Of a DNA stretch of 64,000 nt, positions 56,939 to 64,000 are shown one piece after another (the stretch's first letter is position 1; each line of letters begins with the position of its first letter). The DNA lies in IMG/VR virus record IMGVR_UViG_3300042879_006196, positions 62,001-126,000 of that record. One strand, 5' to 3'. Position numbers and translations under genes: made by a program. The notes below the pieces were generated by a model. It was given only the letters and a program-made list of their open reading frames with translations. It made no database searches and had not been told where the DNA came from.

Positions 56939-57912
56939 GCTTATATAATAAATATAGACCAAATACTTTTGAGAATTTAATACAATCTAAATTTAATAAA
57001 GGTTTTACAAAAGATTCTCTCACACATCATGCATACATGTTTTTTGGTTCTCCAGGAACAGGTAAGACTTCAACTTCCAGGCTGTGTATGGCTGAATTTT
57101 TAGATGATAAAGAAAAAAATTTGGCTATAAATGGTACTCATCCAGACTACATTGAGGTAAATTGTGCCGTCAATAATGGTGTAGATGATATCAGGAACAT
57201 AATCTCAGATATTATCAATACAATGCCTGTGCAAAGCAAATACAAATTTATCACATTTGATGAATGCCACATGCTTACTACACAATCTCAAAATGCATTG
57301 TTAAAAACTGTAGAAGAGCCGCCTAAGCATGTTAAGTTTTTTTTCTGCACTACAGAAGTTAATAAAGTTCTTCCTGCAATCAGATCAAGATGTCAACTTG
57401 TTCCATTTATTAAGTTGAATGAAAAATCTCTAATAAAAATTTTAGAAAATATATGTAAAGGAGAGAATTTCAGCTATAATCAAGAGTGCCTTAAGCTAAT
57501 TTCAAGTTGTGCTGATGGCTCTGCAAGATCTGCAATCAATTTGTTAGAGCAATGTTGCTCTGTTCTCAATGATGAAGATGCTGTGGCTCAGATCGTCGGC
57601 ACTTCAAGTGAAAGCAATTTTTTCAATCTTACAAAATTCATTTGTAACAAAAATAAAAATCAAAGTTTAATTCTATTGGAAGAAATTTTTAATAATTCAA
57701 TTGACCCAGGAAGTTTAATGAATAAGTATGCTGATTTTATAGCTGAACAAATTTTAAACAGAGTGAGTGATCCAGCAAAGTGTGAATTTGAAGGCAAAAA
57801 GCTTTTAATTATTGCAGATTGTGTGACAGAAATATTAAAAGATTTTAAAATTTTGCAAAATATAAAACTTATTTCTAAAATAAACGTATTAAAAGCAATA
57901 GAAAAAATGTAA
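56935..57912 (+). CDS. dnaX: DNA polymerase III gamma/tau clamp-loader subunit
   Basis: LYNKYRP, GSPGTGKT, DECHML, NALLK.VEEPP and SRC motifs. Confidence 0.9.
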   Translation: MSLYNKYRPNTFENLIQSKFNKGFTKDSLTHHAYMFFGSPGTGKTSTSRLCMAEFLDDKEKNLAINGTHPDYIEVNCAVNNGVDDIRNIISDIINTMPVQSKYKFITFDECHMLTTQSQNALLKTVEEPPKHVKFFFCTTEVNKVLPAIRSRCQLVPFIKLNEKSLIKILENICKGENFSYNQECLKLISSCADGSARSAINLLEQCCSVLNDEDAVAQIVGTSSESNFFNLTKFICNKNKNQSLILLEEIFNNSIDPGSLMNKYADFIAEQILNRVSDPAKCEFEGKKLLIIADCVTEILKDFKILQNIKLISKINVLKAIEKM

Positions 57913-57942
57913 TTCTGCAAATTTATTTGTAAAATTACATAG

Positions 57943-58662
57943 ATGGTTGAAACGGATCTAATTCTTCACGCTCTTGTAGTAAAAGCTAAAAATGGTGACC
58001 AAAGGTCTTTTGATCAAATATTAACAATCCTTGACCCCGATATTAAAAAATTAGCCCACAAATATTACATCGTCGGCAGTGATGAAAACGATGTAATCCA
58101 AGAGTGTAGAATTGGGGTTTGGAAAGCAGTGAAAGATTTTGATGATTCAATGGGCATGACTTTTAAAAACTTCAGTTTGAGTTTGTGTTGCAAGAGGCAT
58201 TTAATCACTGCAATGTCTCATGCAAACACACAAAAATTCAAACTTCAAAATGAAGCTGTATCATTAAGTGCCCCTGTTTCTTTAAATGAAGAAGATGGGA
58301 TTCAAACTTATGCAGATTATATTCCAGATCAAAATTCTGATTTGTTAGAAAATTATATAATTCAAGAAGAATTTGAAACTAATTTAGGGCTTATTTCAGA
58401 CAAACTTACTAAATTAGAAATGTCAATATTTACACAATATGCCTATAATTCTTCTTATAAAGACATTGCAAAAGCACTTGATGTCAAACCAAAAACTGTT
58501 GATAATGCTTTGATGCGAATTCGTAAAAAAAGCGCGGAATCTTACCAAATATATTTGACTTCATTTTCTCAAATTAATATTGGTATAGCTTCGTATATTA
58601 ACTTACATGAAGGCGAAATTATACAAGAATTTATTGGAATCAGCACTTTCACGATGCTTTGA
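57943..58662 (+). CDS. sigH: SigH-like RNA polymerase sigma factor
   Basis: D.IQE..IG.WKA..DF, C.KR.LITA..A..QK...N..VSL and SY..IA......K.VDNAL.RI.KK match SigH signatures. Confidence 0.85.
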   Translation: MVETDLILHALVVKAKNGDQRSFDQILTILDPDIKKLAHKYYIVGSDENDVIQECRIGVWKAVKDFDDSMGMTFKNFSLSLCCKRHLITAMSHANTQKFKLQNEAVSLSAPVSLNEEDGIQTYADYIPDQNSDLLENYIIQEEFETNLGLISDKLTKLEMSIFTQYAYNSSYKDIAKALDVKPKTVDNALMRIRKKSAESYQIYLTSFSQINIGIASYINLHEGEIIQEFIGISTFTML

Positions 58663-59701
58663 TGCTTGTGAAAAAAAAACTGCTGAATCATTGACACAAT
58701 TCATATTTGAAAATGACAAGCTAATTTTATCAGCTAAGGGCTATTTCACTTATTATGAAGAATGTATAGATTTTATTGAATGCTCTGAAAATGCTATGTT
58801 CACTGTTAAAACAGCAACAATTTTAGAATTCGTTAAACATGTATCCTCAGATTGTGTATTATTGGCTTTTGATGAAGAAAAGAAATCATGTTTAATCTCA
58901 AGTTCTGATAAGAAATCAAAAATAGCTCTGCAAGTGTCAGACACTTCCATAGAAAACAATATTAAATCTGAATATAGTGTCAATTTCAGTTCAGAAAATC
59001 CGCATGAAATTATTTCAAAACTTAATTTTGCTTCTAAGTTTTGCTCAAATAATTTTCAAGACCATCCTTTATCGGCAATTCATTGTGAGATTGACATAAA
59101 CGCATTCAACATCAAAAGCACAAATGGTCCTTCATTTTACTCATCTAGTTTGCCAATTACATCAAGCTCGGCAATGGAGATATTTTTGCCCAAAAAAGCC
59201 CCTGCTATTTTGAAAAATGTTTTTCACGAGCAATTATTCAATAAATGCTCGTTCGATAAACGCTCTGTTTTGTTTGAATCTGACAAATGTAAGCTCACAT
59301 TTTTCGTTGAACAAAGTAATTCAACATTTCCCGACCAAGTTAGGGAATGGATTAAAAAAGATTCTAATGCAAAAATTAAAGCATCAGTTTATGAGTTATC
59401 TAAAACTCTGAAGTTTTTCAATGGTGTATTCAATGAATCATCTGTTAATTTCAACATTAAAGATGGAAAGCTTAATTTAGAATCGAAAGAAAATAATCTA
59501 GCCGCTAAAGAAAACGTGGCAACCGAAGAATGCACAGGTGATGCTACTTCGGCTTACAACTCAAAATACTTCTTGGATTGCTTAGAATCTCTACAATCAT
59601 CTTGGGTAAATCTTGATTTTATAGAAATGAGTGAAAGTTTCTACATTTGTAAACTCACTCACGGTAGCACATTAATATTACTATGTCCAACTATATTTTA
59701 G
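58607..59701 (+). CDS. dnaN: DNA polymerase III beta sliding clamp
   Basis: About 364 aa; STNG, FPD, YNSKYFLD and terminal LCP motifs; next to dnaX. Confidence 0.75.
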   Translation: MKAKLYKNLLESALSRCFDACEKKTAESLTQFIFENDKLILSAKGYFTYYEECIDFIECSENAMFTVKTATILEFVKHVSSDCVLLAFDEEKKSCLISSSDKKSKIALQVSDTSIENNIKSEYSVNFSSENPHEIISKLNFASKFCSNNFQDHPLSAIHCEIDINAFNIKSTNGPSFYSSSLPITSSSAMEIFLPKKAPAILKNVFHEQLFNKCSFDKRSVLFESDKCKLTFFVEQSNSTFPDQVREWIKKDSNAKIKASVYELSKTLKFFNGVFNESSVNFNIKDGKLNLESKENNLAAKENVATEECTGDATSAYNSKYFLDCLESLQSSWVNLDFIEMSESFYICKLTHGSTLILLCPTIF

Positions 59702-60531
59702 AAGGAGAATCTTTTTTTATTCTTGAGAAGCTTTACGAGTTGACAGAAGGTAAAAAGATTGAAATTAACCCAGAGAAAATTAATCCGTTTTCACTTTTTG
59801 GAAATGTGGATTACTATGTATTTTTTGATCCAGATAAAGAAACTATTGAGTCAATTAATTTCAATAACTTCATTTTGTGTTTCATGGACAAAAATGTTGA
59901 TTTGAGGTTAGATTACATTAAGCGCATAAAGCAAATATCCACTATCAAAACATTTGATCCAATACCAACTACAGATTTTCAAACATTGAAAGAAATTTTT
60001 CCAAATATTACTCAGCCAAATTCTTTGCCAAGTAAAAAAGGAAACTTAAAATATAACGGATCAAAACAAAATTATGAGTGGTTTGACTTATGCTTAATAA
60101 ACGATTTATATTCTTTTGATGATCAAAAAATTTACCAATTAGTTTTTGATTCATATTTTGATATATGGAGATTTACAGATGATTTGTGGTGTGGAAGCAC
60201 AAAATGCTTATCGCAGATTAGATATATTAATGAAAAGAATTTTGAAGATTATTTTAATAGAATAAGAGAAACTTCAAAAGATTATATTGAACTAATACAA
60301 ACACAATCTAAAAACTTCTACTTGCACAAACAAGCGTACAGCTCTACATCAATTACAAATGAATTTAGATTCAGTAAAATAAGAGAAAAATTAATTTTAT
60401 TAAAACCAAATTCAGAAAATTTTGTATTAAGTTTATTTGAAGAATGTTTAAAAAATGTAAGATTAGGTTCAAACCCGAAATTAGAAATGATAAAACTTTT
60501 TTTCAAATTTAAACAAAATGTATCAAAATGA
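59683..60531 (+). CDS. Divergent clamp-loader delta (HolA)-like protein
   Basis: YILEGESFFI start and SLFG motif; located in the clamp operon. Confidence 0.5.
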   Translation: MSNYILEGESFFILEKLYELTEGKKIEINPEKINPFSLFGNVDYYVFFDPDKETIESINFNNFILCFMDKNVDLRLDYIKRIKQISTIKTFDPIPTTDFQTLKEIFPNITQPNSLPSKKGNLKYNGSKQNYEWFDLCLINDLYSFDDQKIYQLVFDSYFDIWRFTDDLWCGSTKCLSQIRYINEKNFEDYFNRIRETSKDYIELIQTQSKNFYLHKQAYSSTSITNEFRFSKIREKLILLKPNSENFVLSLFEECLKNVRLGSNPKLEMIKLFFKFKQNVSK

Positions 60532-61072
60532 CTATTTACATATAGATTCTTTAGTAGCTAAAGTTAAAGAAAACAACACAGACGCACTGTGGGAGCTTTT
60601 TGACTTCTACAAGCCAATAATTAATGTGTGCGTGAATAAAGTACACTCAAAATATAAAACCGTTGAAAAGGATGATTTATTTTCAGAATGTATTTTCATT
60701 TTCAAAGACTTATGTATGAAATATGAAAAAGATAAGTGTTATTTTTCTTATTATTTAGATACAAGGCTTCAGCCATACTTAGTTTCAAAAGTAAAATCAA
60801 AATATATAGATAAAATTAACATTGTCACACTTAATGAGCATGAGCACTACGATCAAGAGGAATTTCTTGGTTATTTTGATGGCAATCCAGTGTTAGAAAA
60901 AGCAATCAATAGCCTACCAGAAAAAACTAAACATATTATTGACTTATTTTACTTCAAGAATCTAACACAATCTGAATGTGCGGTTGTGTTGAAAATTTCT
61001 CAACCAGCATTTAACAAAAAACTTCATAAGGCTTTGGAAATTTTAAGAAAAAATATGGAAAAAGAGTTATAA
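60518..61072 (+). CDS. Sigma-70 family sigma factor
   Basis: DDL.SE, FSYY, LPEK...I.L.Y...LTQ.ECA..L.ISQ region 4 HTH. Confidence 0.85.
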   Translation: MYQNDYLHIDSLVAKVKENNTDALWELFDFYKPIINVCVNKVHSKYKTVEKDDLFSECIFIFKDLCMKYEKDKCYFSYYLDTRLQPYLVSKVKSKYIDKINIVTLNEHEHYDQEEFLGYFDGNPVLEKAINSLPEKTKHIIDLFYFKNLTQSECAVVLKISQPAFNKKLHKALEILRKNMEKEL

Positions 61073-61110
61073 AAAGTAATCCCAGAAATTACTATGTATT
61101 AAGGGTCATT

Positions 61111-61836
61111 ATGAATTCTGCAGATTTCGAAATTTTTTACAACTGGAACAACTCAAACAAAACAAACGACAAAATCCAATTCCGTACCATTCAGTCTAGA
61201 ATGTTACCATTACTTGAAAGAAAAGCTTTCACCAACTCTGAGATTGAAGAAATTCTGATTGCAGAGGGCTACAAGGAATCTTTGGTTAAAGAAGCTTTAA
61301 AAATCACTAACACTAAAGTTGCCTCTGAGCAAGAAGTGGAAATGAATGTTGAGGCAGCCAATGGAGTTCCCAAAAAATACTCAGACATTTCGCATAAGTT
61401 TGAAAGAGTTTTGCAAGCACATGGTCCAAGAAAGTTTGTGAAACTTATGACACAAGGCGAAAGCCCTCTGCTTAAAGTTTCTAGAAAGGAGCTTGAGACT
61501 TTTCAAAAAATTGCTGATGTAGCTTATGAAAATCCAGTGCAATTGCAAACTTTGCATGCATTTATGCAACCTTCCATAATTTCAGAACTTGCAGAAAACG
61601 TGTGTAGGGCAAGAAAAATTGCTCAAAAATGTACAGTTACTAAAGTTGCAAGTGGTAAATTCCAAATTTCACACAATGGCAAAAAAGTAGAAGCATCTAT
61701 CAAGCCTGTTGATTCAACGAGTGATAAATTTGCAAAATCAAATTATGGCGCATTTGGTTTTCCTGACGAATATGTAATACTTGCATACGAGCATAATTCT
61801 CCATATTCACAAATTAAAAAAGATTTAGGTCTTTAA
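61111..61836 (+). CDS. Hypothetical protein
   Basis: 241-aa ORF. Confidence 0.7.
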   Translation: MNSADFEIFYNWNNSNKTNDKIQFRTIQSRMLPLLERKAFTNSEIEEILIAEGYKESLVKEALKITNTKVASEQEVEMNVEAANGVPKKYSDISHKFERVLQAHGPRKFVKLMTQGESPLLKVSRKELETFQKIADVAYENPVQLQTLHAFMQPSIISELAENVCRARKIAQKCTVTKVASGKFQISHNGKKVEASIKPVDSTSDKFAKSNYGAFGFPDEYVILAYEHNSPYSQIKKDLGL

Positions 61837-61850
61837 TTTTTCTTTTATAT

Positions 61851-61871
61851 AGGCTGATTTTTAATTAGCCT
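61851..61871. terminator. Hairpin terminator
   Basis: AGGCTGATT-TTT-AATTAGCCT. Confidence 0.55.
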
Positions 61872-61873
61872 GT

Positions 61874-63200
61874 GTGAACTACCCAAGGGCTAAAGACCCT
61901 TGGGCTTCAAGTTTCACAGCCTCTGCTACTGCAGACGACTCCACTTGTTTTTGTTTTATATCCGAATTAGTTCCTAACCCAGATAGATTGTTTAAACCTT
62001 GGATGAGAATATTTTTACTTGCATTTACATCTCTGTCGTGTGTTGTTCCACAAGACACACAAATCCATTCTCTGTCTTTCAAGGTCAATTCTTGATTTAT
62101 CCAATGGCAACTATTACACATTTTACTGCTTGGAAAGAATCTGTCTATTTTAACAATAGTTTTATCATTCCAAGATGCTTTATATGAAAGCATATCGTAA
62201 AATATTCCTAATCCAACATCTGAAATAGATAATGCTAATTTATGATTTTTCATCATGTTTTTTACAGCCAAGTCTTCTACGCAAATAACATCGTGATTTT
62301 TGATTATATCTGTGGATACTTTATGTAAATTGTCTTTCCTTCTGTTTGCTACTTTTTCATGGATTGTAGCTACTATTTTTCTTTGTCTTTCTTTCTGACC
62401 ACTTCCTTTCATTTTTTTTGAAAGTTGCCTTTGTTCGTATTTTAGTTTGCTTAATGATTTCCTTAAACACTTAATATTTTTGTATTTAGTTCCATTACTA
62501 AGAATCGCTAAATCTTTCAATCCTGTATCAATTCCTACAGATGAATTTGTTTTCTCTAATTCTGGATGTTCTACTTCACAAGTTATCGAAATATAATATT
62601 TTCCTGTTGTTGTTTTAGTTATTGTTCCATTAAGAATCCTTCCTTTTATTGGTCGATGAATTACGATTTCTATGCCTTTTTTAAACTTGGGAATAGACAA
62701 TTTTCCATCTTCGATGGCTAAAGACTGAGGAACATGAAACGATTGTTTACCATTCTTTTTCTTATATCTTGGGAACTTTGCTAGTTTTCTGAAAAACCTA
62801 TTGTATGCAATGTCTAAGTTTTTTAAAGCAGATTGTAGTGATTGTGAATTAACTTCTTTCAACCAAACTAAATTTTTTTTTAATTCTGTTAAAGAAGAAG
62901 CATTATCATAATAATTTAATGAATTTCCATTATTAAGATATTCTTCTTGTCGTTCGTTTAGAAATCTATTAAACACAAATCTCATACACCCAAAATGCTT
63001 CGCAAGAAGCATTTCTTGATTCTTTGTTGGATGTATCCTATATTTATATGATTTGTGTATAGTTTTCATCTATAATATAATATACAAGATATTTTATGCA
63101 ACTACCTTTTTTTTGATAATTTTTCAAAAAAATTGTGTAATATATTTATAATGAGCATTCATCCCAGCGGCTAAAGACCACTGGGTTTTCTGCTCACGAT
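61874..63200 (-). mobile_element. IS200/IS605-family (IS1341-type) element without tnpA
   Basis: Subterminal hairpins CCCAAGGG-CTAAAGA-CCCTTGGG (61882-61904) and CCCAGCGG-CTAAAGA-CCACTGGG (63163-63185); right end TTCAC at 61878-61874; left boundary approximate. Confidence 0.85.
61879..63069 (-). CDS. tnpB: TnpB RNA-guided endonuclease
   Basis: YKYRIHPT HTH, RuvC GIDTG / VEDL / DRDVNA, CNSC..CVSC zinc finger. Confidence 0.95.
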   Translation of the reverse strand: MKTIHKSYKYRIHPTKNQEMLLAKHFGCMRFVFNRFLNERQEEYLNNGNSLNYYDNASSLTELKKNLVWLKEVNSQSLQSALKNLDIAYNRFFRKLAKFPRYKKKNGKQSFHVPQSLAIEDGKLSIPKFKKGIEIVIHRPIKGRILNGTITKTTTGKYYISITCEVEHPELEKTNSSVGIDTGLKDLAILSNGTKYKNIKCLRKSLSKLKYEQRQLSKKMKGSGQKERQRKIVATIHEKVANRRKDNLHKVSTDIIKNHDVICVEDLAVKNMMKNHKLALSISDVGLGIFYDMLSYKASWNDKTIVKIDRFFPSSKMCNSCHWINQELTLKDREWICVSCGTTHDRDVNASKNILIQGLNNLSGLGTNSDIKQKQVESSAVAEAVKLEAQGSLALG

Positions 63201-63203
63201 TTA

Positions 63204-63926
63204 ATGTATAAATTTATTATGTCACAAAACGATACCCAAGCAATTACTCCAATCATAGATAACATTATTTTAGATGATTCTGTTGCTCATAATGTTGATG
63301 ATATTGAAAATTCTTCTATAGTTTTGTTCAGTACTTTAAAATCTGATGCTAAACCTTTAAAGCCTTTTAAGCTAAATACATCAGGAATTGACTACCCACA
63401 AATGTATGCACCAAAATGCGCAATTTGTAATTCGCCTCACAGAACTTTATTAGAGCATGTGTATTTAGATTGTGGCAAAAAAGTAAATACAACAATAAAG
63501 TTTTTTGAAGATCATTATTCTGCAAAACTTAACTGGGCTCAAGTAAAACAACATGTAAAATATCACTGCGATTTCAATAAAATTGAAACCCCAGGATTAT
63601 TAGATTATGAAGGCAGAGAAGAAGAACTTTCGAGATGGAAATATCGTGAGTTTGAATTAGTTCTCACTGCTCTCATGGTTGAACTGAATGATGTAAGGGG
63701 CATAAATGCAAAAACTGCTGATGAAATTTTAAAAAGATCTGCTATGATCGAAAAACTTACAAGACAGCTAATGCTTGTAAAAGAAAAAAGAGATGATAGT
63801 TCTGGTCTAATGCCAAATGTTTTTGAAGTACTTTTAGAATTGCATGATCAAATGGTTAATGATGAAGATAAAAGATTAATCAGAGAAAAAGGGCGTGATT
63901 TAAGACAAATGTTGGATAGGGCATGA
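63204..63926 (+). CDS. Zinc-finger helical protein, possible terminase small subunit
   Basis: C.IC.SP.R...H...H motif followed by a coiled coil; functional call is tentative. Confidence 0.45.
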   Translation: MYKFIMSQNDTQAITPIIDNIILDDSVAHNVDDIENSSIVLFSTLKSDAKPLKPFKLNTSGIDYPQMYAPKCAICNSPHRTLLEHVYLDCGKKVNTTIKFFEDHYSAKLNWAQVKQHVKYHCDFNKIETPGLLDYEGREEELSRWKYREFELVLTALMVELNDVRGINAKTADEILKRSAMIEKLTRQLMLVKEKRDDSSGLMPNVFEVLLELHDQMVNDEDKRLIREKGRDLRQMLDRA

Positions 63927-64000
63927 GCAAAAATCTTAAAAATAAGCAGGCAATTGAACATAAAGAAAAAATGCACCGAGATGCAGCAAAGCTAGATCAG
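63923..64000 (+). CDS. 5' end of a CDS running off the window
   Basis: ATGA overlap; MSKNLKNKQAIEHKEKMHRDAAKLDQ. Confidence 0.55.
   Translation, partial: MSKNLKNKQAIEHKEKMHRDAAKLDQ

Noticed and set aside
423-62187. Many short antisense or nested ORFs in the track (e.g. 423..896, 4060..4308, 16895..17233, 38355..38711, 44156..44554, 61874..62095)
   Set aside because: They are shadows of well-supported genes on the opposite strand or in another frame, with no motifs or promoter signals
1-64000. Stop-codon reassignment as in some large phages
   Set aside because: Conserved genes are full length in code 11, and TAA, TAG and TGA all terminate genes

Overview
This is an AT-rich fragment of a large (jumbo-type) tailed phage genome, read with the standard genetic code. 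(1) Positions 1-6.2 kb hold an array of about 19 near-identical promoter units (TTTTCCAGGTTTAACACAATCTGATTATAATAGAT, often preceded by a GC-rich CCCCTCCAA element). Most units drive one or two small leaderless ORFs, one drives a structured ncRNA candidate, and a tRNA-Arg sits inside the array. (2) Positions 6.2-6.6 kb are a G/C-tract region with a 14-bp tandem array of CACAATCT. The same 9-mer, ACACAATCT, is dispersed across the whole window at far above chance frequency. (3) Positions 6.9-33 kb are accessory or late genes: three paralogous 23-aa Trp-repeat proteins, tRNA-Met and tRNA-Glu, a LolA-like protein, a metallopeptidase-like/CCA-adding fusion, SOD, bS21, GMP reductase/IMPDH, RusA-like and PD-(D/E)XK nucleases, and proteins sharing N-terminal tags. 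At least 11 of these genes have a sigmaH-type AGGD-N18-KAA promoter exactly 34 nt before a leaderless start codon. (4) Positions 33.8-61 kb are a bacterial-type replication/recombination block: split SbcC plus SbcD, DnaC-like, DnaB, split DnaG, DnaE, SSB, RecA, RecJ, NrdAB, DnaX, DnaN and HolA-like, with SigH, two more sigma-like genes and SpoVS. (5) Near the end are an IS200/IS605-family TnpB element and a possible terminase small subunit. All assignments come from reading motifs by eye; no database searches were run.
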